64,000 bases of DNA from Betaproteobacteria bacterium (GTDB taxonomy: Bacteria; Pseudomonadota; Gammaproteobacteria; Burkholderiales; Ga0077523): assembly GCA_016713305.1 (NCBI GenBank), contig JADJPK010000007.1:128513-192512 (forward strand). The letters run 5' to 3'. The translations under genes were made by a program, and so were the position numbers. Under the pieces are notes generated by a model. It was given only the letters and a program-made list of their open reading frames with translations, was not told the origin of the DNA and searched no databases. Shown piece by piece: positions 44,090 through 53,590 of this stretch. Each line of letters starts with the position of its first letter. The first letter of the stretch is position 1.

Positions 44090-44391
44090 GACTTCCTCCT
44101 GGAGGGGCCCCTTCAGGACGGGGCGCCCCATGTTATCGACGGGGATCCGGCATCCTCCATAGGAATCGAGCAACATATGGGGCAGGCACGCGAGGGGCCT
44201 CGCCTCAAAGCGGCATTCGAGACGCTTGCCGGACCCCGGGCCGGATCGGGAACCGGCGCCGGAACCAGCGGACGAGTCACCCGCGCCCCAGCTTGTGCCT
44301 GGGGGAGAGCTCGACAGGGATCGCACCGGATCACGAGCATCTGCGACGCTAACAGGTGCATTGCGGCACCTTAATATGAAAAACCGTTCAC

Positions 44392-45480
44392 ATGAAACGC
44401 ATCGCCGTCAAACCGACCTGGATCCTCGAGGATGAAACCGGCCAGCGCGTGGGGCCGGAGGTTTTCGCCCTGCTCGCCGCCATCAACGGCAGCCGCAAGC
44501 TGACCGAGGCGGCCGAAGCGGTGGGCGTGTCCTATCGCCACGCCTGGGGCCTGGTGGAGACCTGGGGCGAATTCTTCGGCCAGCCGCTCGTGCGCTTCGA
44601 GCGGGGAAAGGGGACGTCGCTGACGCCGCTGGGCGAGAAGATCCTCTGGGCCGAGCAGAGGGCCATTGCCCGCATGGGGCTGCAGCTGGAATCCCTCGCC
44701 TCGGAAATCAATCTCGAGATCAACCAGCTCCTGGACTCGGCCCTGGCGACGGTCCGCATCCATGCGAGCCACGGATTCGCCGTGGCGCGCGTCCCGGCCC
44801 TGCTGCAGGACCATCCCCGCATCCGTCTGGATCTGCGCTATCTGGGAACCCTGGAATCGCTGGCATCGCTTGTCCGGGGAGCGTGCGATCTCGCGGGATT
44901 CCACGTTCCGGTGGGCGAACTGGGTGCCTCCGCCGCGCGTCAGTACCTGCGCTGGCTGCGCCCGGAGGAACACCGCATCGTGCATCTGGTCACGCGCACC
45001 CAGGGACTGTTCCTCGCAGCGGGAAACCCCAGGAATATTCGCGGGCTGGACGACCTGACCCGGCCCAATGTGCAGTTCGTCAACCGGCAGAAGGGGTCTG
45101 GAACGCGGCTGCTGTTCGACCAGCTGCTCGCCGCGGCCGGGATCGAAGGCGACCAGATCCGCGGCTACCGGACGGAGGAGTTCACCCACGCGGCCGTGGC
45201 GGCGTACGTGGGGAGCGGCATCGCCGACGCCGGCTTCGGTGTCCAGCCGGCCGCCCACAACCTGCGCCTGGATTTCGTGCCCATTGCCCGCGAGCACTAC
45301 TTCTTCGCCGTGGCACTCACCACGCTGGAGCGCCCCGAGATCCAGGAATTCCTGTCCCTGCTCAAGGGCGAAACGTTTCAGCAGATGGTCCGGGAGCTGC
45401 CGGGGTACGAAGCGCCCAAGGCAGGCGAGGTGTCCACGCTCGGCGAGGCGTTCCGGGAGGGGAGAAAGGCGAAAAGATAG
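44392..45480 (+). CDS. ModE-type HTH fused to a periplasmic-binding-protein-like (oxyanion-binding type) domain; putative Mo/W-responsive regulator
   Basis: The N-terminus LLAAINGSRKLTEAAEAVGVSYRHAWGLVETWG is paralogous to the two small ModE-like proteins. The C-terminal ~250 aa look like a PBP-type domain (NRQKGSGTR, GIADAGFG). It is transcribed divergently from fdsG. Confidence 0.6.
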   Translation: MKRIAVKPTWILEDETGQRVGPEVFALLAAINGSRKLTEAAEAVGVSYRHAWGLVETWGEFFGQPLVRFERGKGTSLTPLGEKILWAEQRAIARMGLQLESLASEINLEINQLLDSALATVRIHASHGFAVARVPALLQDHPRIRLDLRYLGTLESLASLVRGACDLAGFHVPVGELGASAARQYLRWLRPEEHRIVHLVTRTQGLFLAAGNPRNIRGLDDLTRPNVQFVNRQKGSGTRLLFDQLLAAAGIEGDQIRGYRTEEFTHAAVAAYVGSGIADAGFGVQPAAHNLRLDFVPIAREHYFFAVALTTLERPEIQEFLSLLKGETFQQMVRELPGYEAPKAGEVSTLGEAFREGRKAKR

Positions 45481-45487
45481 GGCAGGA

Positions 45488-45762
45488 TCCGAGAGGCGCG
45501 AAGGCGGCTCTCTCCTTCAGGGGAGGAGCGGAGGTGGGGGTGGGTCTTCCGAGAGGCGCGAAGCGCAAGTACCTCTCCTCCCCTTCAGGCCGGGGCCCCC
45601 GGAAAGTCGGAGGCTTTTCGGGGTGGAGTGGAGGAGCGGAGGTGGGGGTGGGCATTCCGAGAGGCGCGAAGCGCGAAACTCTCCTCCCTTCAGGGGAGGA
45701 GCGGAGGTGGGGGTGGGGTTCCGAGAGGCGCGAAGCGCAAGTACCTCTCCTCCCCTTCTGGC
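45488..45762. repeat. Four tandemly arranged REP-like hairpin repeat units
   Basis: TCCGAGAGGCGCGAAG occurs at 45488, 45548, 45656 and 45720. GGAGGAGCGGAGGTGGGGGTGGG occurs three times. Internal hairpins include GCGC-gaa-GCGC and CTCCTCCC-ttca-GGGAGGAG. Confidence 0.75.
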
Positions 45763-45818
45763 CGTTGCGCAAGGCCCGATTCCATTTGACGCTCCGGGCG
45801 AATGCCATTAGCCTCGTC

Positions 45819-45842
45819 CGCTATATAAATCGGGATATGACG
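45819..45842. promoter_or_regulatory. ModE-operator-like Mo-box CGCTATATAAATCGGGATATGACG overlapping the modB start
   Basis: The left half, CGCTATATA, equals the Mo-box half-site consensus as I recall it. It has 24-bp dyad architecture and overlaps the modB ATG at 45837. Confidence 0.6.
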
Positions 45843-46535
45843 TCAATGTGGGAGACAGGGGCGGGGCTTTCGGCCGCCGCGTGGACGCCGCTTGCGCTCT
45901 CGCTCAAGGTCGCCGGCTGGGCCACGGCACTGGTCCTGATCGCGGGCGTGGCGGTGGCCTGGCTGGTCGCGCGAGGGCGGTTCTGGGGCCGCGAGGTGTT
46001 CGATGCGCTCATGACGCTGCCCATGGTCATGCCACCCACGGTCCTGGGCTATTACCTCATCGTCCTGCTGGGGCGCCGGGGCTGGATCGGGCGCTGGCTT
46101 CATGAACAGTTCGACCTGGTCCTGATGTTCACCTGGCAAGGCGCGGTCATCGCCGCCGCCGTCGTCGCGTTCCCGCTGGTCTACAAGGCCGCCCGCGCCG
46201 CTTTCGAGGAAGTCCCCCGTCAGGCCGAGAACGCGGCCCGCGTGTTGGGCGCAACGGAGTGGGACGTCTTCGTCCGGGTGACGCTTCCCCTCGCGTGGCG
46301 GGGCATCCTCGCCGGAACCATGCTGGCGTTCGCCCGGGCACTTGGGGAATTCGGCGCCACCCTCATGGTGGCCGGGAGCATCCCCGGCAAGACCCAGACG
46401 CTGTCCATCGCGGTCTACGAGGCCGTGCAGGCCGGGCAGGACGATCAGGCGAACTTCCTCGTGGCCATCACCTCGCTCGTGTGCATCCTCGTGCTGGTGG
46501 GGTCCGGCCGTCTTCTGCGGGTGCGTACCGCTTGA
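45837..46535 (+). CDS. modB: Molybdate ABC transporter permease ModB
   Basis: Five or six TM helices and a CysTW/ModB-type loop ([41 protein letters not shown]). An alternative ATG exists at 45846. Confidence 0.85.
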   Translation: MTSMWETGAGLSAAAWTPLALSLKVAGWATALVLIAGVAVAWLVARGRFWGREVFDALMTLPMVMPPTVLGYYLIVLLGRRGWIGRWLHEQFDLVLMFTWQGAVIAAAVVAFPLVYKAARAAFEEVPRQAENAARVLGATEWDVFVRVTLPLAWRGILAGTMLAFARALGEFGATLMVAGSIPGKTQTLSIAVYEAVQAGQDDQANFLVAITSLVCILVLVGSGRLLRVRTA

Positions 46536-47301
46536 AGCTGGAAATCTCGATCCGCCGGCAGTTTTCCTCCAACGGCCACCGCTTCGAGCTCGATGCGCAA
46601 GTGAGCTGCGAGCACGACGTCACGGTCATCTTCGGCCCGTCGGGCTCCGGCAAGAGCGTCACGCTGCAGGCCGTTGCCGGCCTGATGCGCCCGGACTCCG
46701 GCTTCATCCACCTGGGTGACCGGGCATTGTTCGACTCGGCCACGGGAGTCGACGTCCCCACGCGCGAACGCCGCGTGGCCTATGTCTTCCAGGACTATGC
46801 GCTGTTTCCCCACCTGAGCGTCGAGCGCAACGTGGCGTTTCCGCTCAGCCGCTGGTGGCAGTGGGGGCTGCCGGCTGGAGTGCGGGACCGCGTCCGCCGC
46901 ATGCTGGACACCTTCGAGATCGGACATCTCGCGCAGGCGTATCCGGGGCAATTGTCCGGGGGCCAGCGGCAACGGGTGGCGCTCGCAAGGGCGCTGGTAG
47001 GCGAACCGGAAATACTGCTTCTGGACGAACCGTTCAGCGCGCTGGACCCGCTGTTGCGCGAACGCATGCGACACGAACTGCTCCGCCTGAGGGAGCGATT
47101 CCACGTTCCCATGGTCGTCATCACCCACGATCCGGACGATGTCGCCGGCCTGGCCGACGAGGTCATCGTCTTCCGTGAAGGCCGCGTCGCCGCGACCGGC
47201 GATGCGCACGAGTTGCTGTCGCACGTGGAATCCGGTCCGCAGGTGCGCCGCGCCATGCGGAGGTTTCTCGCTCAAGCCGTGGAAGTGGAAAAAATATCAG
47301 G
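46532..47301 (+). CDS. modC: Molybdate ABC transporter ATP-binding protein (ModC-like); 3' end uncertain
   Basis: The TTG start overlaps the modB stop. It has Walker [24 protein letters not shown] and [11 protein letters not shown]. As read, the ORF runs on to 47689 through Cys/Arg-rich sequence. An A6 run at 47287-47292 precedes a TGA at 47299-47301 in the -1 frame, which I take as the likelier end. Confidence 0.7.
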
Positions 47302-47367
47302 TGACGTCCCGTGTTGCGGCCACCGCGCGACCGGAAATCCGTCACCTCTGACTACCCGGCATTCTCG

Positions 47368-47397
47368 CAATTCCCGTTCGTGGACGGGAAAATTGCC
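47368..47397 (+). terminator. Stem-loop downstream of modC
   Basis: GCAATTCCCGT-tcgtgg-ACGGGAAAATTGC forms an 11-bp stem with a 2-nt bulge. There is no U-tract. Confidence 0.3.
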
Positions 47398-47532
47398 GGT
47401 GGGGCGCTTGTCAGTCACATCTCCTTGCACCATATTGGCTTCAGATCCGACGCTGTCGAAGCGGTGCTCGCGTGCGTGCGCGTGCGGCTGCCGGGTACGG
47501 AAGCGCCGGACCCACTACAAGGAGAACGTCGA

Positions 47533-50119
47533 ATGCCCAGGGAAGGGATGTGCGTCCTGGACGCCTCCGGGCGTCTGCACGACGCCAACGACTCGCTGGC
47601 CGAACTGTTGCAAGCGGCCCGTGCCGATCTGGTCGGCAAGTGCCTTCTCGACCTTCTTCCGTCCGCCGGCGAACGTGTGCGGGCGATGATGGCGGCCCTG
47701 GGCTCCGGCGCAACCCGGTCCGTCGACGTCACGTTTGGAGGCACGGGCGCCGCGGCGCGTGACGTGCGGGTGACGCTCGCCCGCCTGTCGGGCGATTCGT
47801 TCTGCGCGACGTTCCGGGATCTGCCGATCTCTCCCGCCGACCTGGCCAGCGTGAAGGACTCCGAGGCGAAATTCTCGGCCGCCTTCCAGGGAAGCGTGGA
47901 TCCCATGGTCATCGTGCGGACCGAGGATGGTCTGATCCTCGACGTCAATCTGGCCTTCGAACAGTTGTTCGGCTATACGCGGGAAGACGCCATCGGCCGC
48001 CGCGTGCCCGAACTCGGCTTGTCGGTGGATCCGCATTTCAGGCAGCGGGTTGTGGAGGCACTGCGGTCCGGCGGACGGATGCGCGACGAGCCTTGGACGC
48101 TGCGAACCAAGTCGGGAGAAGTGCGGGAGGCATTGCACAGCGCATTCCTGATCTCGCGCGAAGGCGAGATGCGGCACGTGGCGGTGATCCGCGACGTGAC
48201 CGAACAGCGGGCGCGGGAGCGCGAGTTGCGCGAATCCGAGGCCAAGTTCTCGGCGGCGTTCCACGCAAGCGTCGAGGCCATGGTCATTTCCATGCTCGAC
48301 GACGGCCGCATCGTGGATGTGAACGAAGCGTACGTCCGCCTGACCGGCTATTCCCGCGAGGAGCTCATCGGCAGGACGACCCTGGAGATGGGGATCGTTG
48401 CCGATCCGGAGGGTCGCGCGTCCCGCGCAAACATGATGCGAGCCGAGGGGGCGGTGCGCGACGTGCCGTCACCCACGCGACGGCGCGACGGCGAAATCCG
48501 CGAATGCCTTCAGACGAGCTTCGGCATCGAGATCCGCGGCGAGCCCGGATGGGTGTCGGTACTGCGTGACGTCACGGACATCCGCCGTGCGGAGCGTGCA
48601 TTGCGGCAATCCGAAGCCAGGTTTCACGCAGTATTCCGCGGCAGCCCCGATCCGATCGTGATCAGCCACATGGACGACGGCGTAGTGGTCGATGTCAATC
48701 CCGCGCACGAGGTGCTGACGGGGTATTCGCGCGAGGAGATCGTCGGGCGCAGCGTCATGGACCTGGACATCGTCGATCTGCCGAAGCGCTCCGCGCTCGT
48801 GCAAGAGGTGCGCCGCCATGGCTTCGTCAAGGAATGGGAGTACACCAACAGGCACCGCTCGGGCGAAGTGAGGTTGTGCCTTCAGTCGAGTTTCCGACTG
48901 GATATCGGTGACGACGACTGCATGGTGTCGATCGTGCGCGACGTCACCGAGCTGCGCCGTATCGAGGCCGCGGTCCGGACGAGCGAGGAACGCCTGCGGC
49001 AAGCGGTGCGGGCATCCGCGATCGGCATCTTCGATCACGACCATCGCGCGGACACGATCTACTGGTCGCCGGAACAGCGGGCGATCTACGGATTCACGGC
49101 CGACGAGCCTGTCGATATTCCCCGCTTTCTGTCAAGCGTTCATCCCGCCGACCTCGACCGCATCGGAGCCGACGTGCGCCGGGCCCACGATCCGTCGGGC
49201 GACGGACTCTTCGACGTCGAGAAACGTATCGTCCGGCGCGACGGAGCCATACGGTGGATCGCCACCCGTTCGCAGACCTTCTTCGAGGGGCAGGGAGAGG
49301 CGAGGCGGCCTGTCAGGACCGTGGGCGCGGTGCTCGACGTCACGGAGCGAAAGCATATCGACGAGGAACTGCGACGCCTCAATGAGGAACTGGAAACCCG
49401 TGTGGCAGAGCGCACCGCCGAACTGGAACGCGCCAACCGGGACCTCGGAATCGTTCAGCTACTCCATTTCGCACGATCTGCGTGCGCCGTTGCGGCATGG
49501 TGGGTTACATCGACATGTTCGAACGCGACCTGCCGTGCCGCTGGACGACACGTCCAAGCGCCGTCTGGACGTGATCTCCGATGCCGCGCGCCGGATGGGG
49601 ACCATGATCGACAGTCTGCTGGCCTTCGCCAGGATCGGGCGGGCCGCGATGCAGTTCTCGGCCGTGGACGTGAATGCCGTCGTGGGGGATGTCCGGATGG
49701 AACTCAGGCCGGACACGGACAACCGCCAGATCGAGTGGGAGGTTGCGGAACTCCCGACCATCACGGCGGACCGGACCCTGCTCAAGATGGTGTTCTCCAA
49801 CCTCGTGTCGAATGCCATCAAGTTCACGGCAGAGCGTGCGCCGGCCCGCATCGGCATCGGCGCTCACCGCGCGGATTCCGGGTGGGTCTTCTTCGTGAGC
49901 GACAACGGCGCGGGGTTCGACATGCGCTACGCGGACAAGCTCTTCGGGGTCTTTCAACGGCTGCATAGCGCCGACGAGTTTCCCGGCACCGGCATCGGAC
50001 TCGCGAACTGCCGCCGCATCGTCGAGCGTCACGGCGGACGCATCTGGGCCGAAAGCGAACCCGGCGTAGGAACTCGCATTCTGTTCCTTGTTCCCGATCT
50101 CCCTCAACGAGCAGGCTGA
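47533..50119 (+). pseudogene. Multi-PAS (five PAS) sensor histidine kinase, frame broken in the H-box region
   Basis: AAGGAGAA lies upstream of the ATG at 47533. Five PAS modules are followed by ..ELERANRDL | ESFSYSISHDLRAPLRH | MVGYIDMFERDL | PLDDTSKRRLDVI.. read in frames 1, 2, 0 and 2. The HATPase boxes are VSNAIKFT, DNGAGFD and GTGIGL. The breaks are near 49446-49449, 49494-49499 and 49529-49534. Confidence 0.85.
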
Positions 50120-50121
50120 CC

Positions 50122-50568
50122 ATGCAACCGAAGCGAATCCTTCTGGCCGAAGACGATCCCAACGATCGCGAGCTGACGGTCACGGCGTTGCAGGAGTATC
50201 GGCTTTCCAACGAACTCATTGCAGTGAAGGACGGCGCGGAAGCCCTGGACTATCTTCTGCGGCGCGGTCAATACGCCGGCCTGCCGCCGGGCAATCCGGC
50301 CGTGGCCCTGGTGGACCTGAAGATGCCCCGCATGGGGGGCTTGGAAGTCCTGCGCGAGATCCGGGCGACGCCTTCATTGCGGATGCTTCCCGTCGTCATC
50401 CTCACTTCGTCGAAGGAAGAGGCGGACGTCGCCGACAGCTACGGCCTCGGCGCCAACGCCTATGTCGTGAAGCCCGTCGACTTCCACGACTTCGTCGACG
50501 CCATCAAGACGGCCGGGCTGTTCTGGGCCGTCCTCAACGAGCCGCCGCCCGGAACAGTCGCCCCCTGA
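50122..50568 (+). CDS. Single-domain response regulator (CheY-like receiver)
   Basis: LLAEDDPND, VDLKMP (phospho-acceptor Asp), TSS and KP motifs. It starts 2 nt after the kinase stop. Confidence 0.85.
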   Translation: MQPKRILLAEDDPNDRELTVTALQEYRLSNELIAVKDGAEALDYLLRRGQYAGLPPGNPAVALVDLKMPRMGGLEVLREIRATPSLRMLPVVILTSSKEEADVADSYGLGANAYVVKPVDFHDFVDAIKTAGLFWAVLNEPPPGTVAP

Positions 50569-50575
50569 GCCCGCG

Positions 50576-53229
50576 ATGCAAGCACCAGCACTGCCCCGCT
50601 TGCGGGTCCTGCATCTCGAGGACGATCCCTGGACTGCGACATCGTGCGCGACCGGCTGCGCCAGGAAGGCATCGAATGCGACGTGCAGTGCGTCGCGGGC
50701 AGGAGCGAGTACTCGGCGGCCCTCGAGGCTTTCGCCCCCGATCTGATCCTGTCCGATCACGCGCTGCCCGGGTTCGACGGTGTGTCGGCTCTGCGGATGG
50801 CCAGGTCGCTGCGGCCGGCCGTGCCGTTCATCTTCGTCTCCGGCGCCATTCTCGAGGACGAGGCGATCGAGATGCTCAAGCAGGGGGCCACCGACTACGT
50901 TCTCAAGAACCATCTGGGCCGGCTCTGTCCCGCCGTGCGCCGGGCGTTGCAAGCGGCGCGGGAACAGGACGAACGCCAGCGCGCTCTGCGCCGCGCTGCG
51001 AGACAGCGAGCGGCTGCTGAGGCAGATCATCGATCTGGTCCCGCACTTCATCTTCGCCAAGGATACGCAGGGCCGTTTCCTGCTGGCCAACCAGGCGGTC
51101 GCCGACGCCTACGGGGCGACCGTGACCGAACTGCTGGGCCGGTCGGATGCGGATTTCCGGCGGCCGGAGGCCGAGACCGCGCGCAGTCTCGCGGAGGACC
51201 GCGCGGTCATGGAAGTGGGGTGCGGCAAGTCGGTTGTCGAAGAAACGGTCACCGGCGTGGGCGGACTCGCCCGCATCGTGCAGACGACCCGCATTCCGTT
51301 CGCCGTGCCGGGCAAGGCCGAGCGCGCAGTCCTGGGCGTGTCCAGCGACATCACGGAACTGCGCTTGGCCGCGACCGCGTTCCAGTCGCACGAAGGCATT
51401 TTCATTACCGATGCCGACGGCGTGATCCAACGCGTGAACCGCGCGTTCCTGGACATCACCGGGCTGTCCGCGGATCGGGCGCTGGGCATGCGGGCCACCG
51501 AACTGTTCGTGAACGGAGAGGGGTCCTCTCCGAGCCAGTGGTCCGCTTTCGTGATCAGCGGCAGCACGTACTGGCAGGGAGAGGCCCAGGCGAGACGCGT
51601 CTCCGGCGACGTGTATCCCATCTGGGAAACGATCACCGCCGTCCGGCGCGACGACGGCGCGGTGACGCACTACGTCTGCCATTTCCAGGACATCAGCGAA
51701 CGCAAGCAGATCCAGGAGCGCATCGAGTACCTCGCCTTCCACGATTCGCTTACCCATCTGCCCAACCGCTCGCTGCTCATGGATCGCTTGCAGCAGGCCA
51801 TCGCGCGCAATCGCCGGCGCGGGCTTTCGGGCGCGCTGCTCTATCTGGATCTGGACCACTTCAAGAACATCAACGATTCGCTCGGGCATCCAACCGGCGA
51901 TCTGCTCCTGTGCGACGTCGCCCGCTGCCTTCTCGCCCAGGTGCGGAGCGAGGACACGGTGGCGCGGCTGGGAGGCGACGAGTTCGTGGTGCTCCTGCCT
52001 CAGCTCGAAGGGGCGCGCGACGCGGTCGCACGCGAGGCGCGTGCCATCGCCCAGAAGATCCGCGAGGCGCTGTCCGGGGACTTCATCATCGCCGGCGACC
52101 GGCTTCGGGCCAGTGCGAGCATCGGTGTGATTCTCTTCCCCGAGGGCGAGGAGACTGCCGACGACATCCTGCGTCACGCGGACATCGCGATGTACCAGGC
52201 GAAGGCGGCGGGCCGGAACACGGTGCGATTCTTCTCGCCGGAAATGCAGGCAGCGGTCAGCGAGCGGCTGCTGCTGGAAGGTCAGCTTCGCGATGCGGTC
52301 GTCCGTCAGGAGTTCATCGCCTATTTCCAGCCGCAGATCGAGCTGGCCACCGGCCGGCTGTTCGGAGTGGAAAGCCTGCTGCGCTGGCAGCATCCGGCCC
52401 ACAGTCTGCAGCCCCCGTCGTCGTTCATCCCCCTTCTCGAGGACACCGGCCTCATCCTGCCGGTGGGCCAGTGGCTGCTGCGGCACGTGTGCGAGACGCT
52501 GGGCGCACTGAAGGCCAAGGGTCACCATGTGCGGGCGGCGGTGAACGTGAGCCCGCGCCAGTTCTACCAGGCGGATTTCGCCGACCGTATCCGCGATGTG
52601 CTGGAGGAAACGGGCACGTCCCCGGAGACCCTCGAACTGGAGATCACCGAGAGCGCGGTCATCGACGACATCGACCACACCATCGGCATCATGCGGCGTT
52701 TGAAGGACCAGGGAGTCCGCTTCTCCCTGGACGACTTCGGCACCGGATACTCGTCCCTGAGCTATCTCAAGCGGCTGCCGCTCGACACGCTGAAGATCGA
52801 CCGTGCGTTCGTTCGAGATTGCACGACCGATGCCAACGACGCCGCGATCGTGCGGGCGATCCTCGCCATGGCGTCGAGCCTGGGGCTCGAAGTGGTGGCA
52901 GAGGGTGTGGAGACGGGGCCCCAGCTGGAATTCCTGCGGTCGCTGGGCTGTGCCTCGTACCAGGGGTATCTGTTCAGTCCGCCGGTGCCGCTGGACAGGC
53001 CGGCCGCACTGCTCGACGATCGCGCAGGCTCCGGCCGCCAGAGCAAAGTCCGGATCAACGTGCGCGGCCTCGGCCGGGGCCCGGTTTCCACTTCGCCACC
53101 CGCGCGGCCCTCGCGTGTTCCGGCGGAAGTGCGATCCGTGTGCACGGATTGCACATCTTCCTGCTCATGGCGGCGTGGCCGCTTCCTCCCCCCGATCCGG
53201 TTTGGTCGCAGGCTCCACGCCGGCCATGA
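50576..53229 (+). pseudogene. Receiver-PAS-PAS-GGDEF-EAL c-di-GMP signalling protein, frame broken; 3' end unresolved
   Basis: MQAPALPRLRVLHLEDDP | LDCDIVRDRLRQEG..ILSDHALPGFDG.. | ..LRDSERLLRQIIDLVPHFIFAKD.., then RLGGDEFVV, ESLLRW, DDFGTGYSS, EGVET and QGYLFS. The breaks are near 50627-50630 and 50975-50995. The domain frame has no stop until 53776. The earliest stop in any frame is at 53227-53229. Confidence 0.8.
53129..53154. terminator. Strong hairpin between the convergent GGDEF-EAL and ModE-like genes
   Basis: GTGCGATCCGTG-..-CACGGATTGCAC forms a stem of about 11 bp including one G-T pair. There is no U-tract on either strand. Confidence 0.3.
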
Positions 53230-53578
53230 GCGACGCAAAGGCCTCGACCTCGGCTTCCACCGACTGCAGCGCCTTGCTCTCGAGTTCGCGGAACCGGCCG
53301 AGAATGTCGCGCCCCAGGTCCGTGAGCATGGCGCCGCCGCCGCCATCGCCCCCGACCTTGCAGTCGATGAGCGGCGACGGGAACATCATGTTCAGCTCCT
53401 CCACCAGGTTCCATGCACGGCGGTAAGGCATGTCGATGCGTCGCGCCGCCGCGGTGATGGAGCCGGTGGCGGCGATGGCCTCCAGCAGCGCGGCCTTGCC
53501 AGGGCCGAACGCAAGCGCGTGACGAAAGCTGATCTGGACCGTGCATGGCCGCGGCGTTGCGGGAACTGGAGTTGGCAC
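53165..53578 (-). CDS. ModE N-terminal-domain-only regulator, paralogue 2
   Basis: GPGKAALLEAIAATGSITAAARRIDMPYRRAWNLVEELN..GGDGGGGAMLTDLG aligns along its length with the protein at 37711-38097. The GTG start lies 12 nt after the DUF1111 stop. Confidence 0.6.
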   Translation of the reverse strand: MPTPVPATPRPCTVQISFRHALAFGPGKAALLEAIAATGSITAAARRIDMPYRRAWNLVEELNMMFPSPLIDCKVGGDGGGGAMLTDLGRDILGRFRELESKALQSVEAEVEAFASLMAGVEPATKPDRGEEAATPP

Positions 53579-53590
53579 GGTGACGTGGCA

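Noticed and set aside
44157-44180. Fifth Mo-box (CCATAGG-N10-CATATGG) upstream of fdsG
   Set aside because: The spacing is right, but both half-sites lack the terminal CG and differ at several positions. The match is too weak to call without a scoring matrix or comparative support.
45488-45762. CRISPR array
   Set aside because: The units are short and irregularly spaced (60, 108, 64 nt). The inter-repeat segments are themselves repeated, and no cas genes are nearby. The array fits REP-like hairpin repeats better.
45362-45808. 148-aa minus-strand ORF with repeated RFAPLG.PTPTSAPPL peptides
   Set aside because: The peptide repeats simply mirror the DNA repeat array, and the ORF overlaps the 3' end of the regulator gene. 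No start context supports it.
46532-47689. Long ModC with a C-terminal TOBE domain
   Set aside because: The 130-aa tail is Cys/Arg/Pro-rich with no TOBE-like beta-strand pattern. It also overlaps the kinase ribosome-binding site and start.
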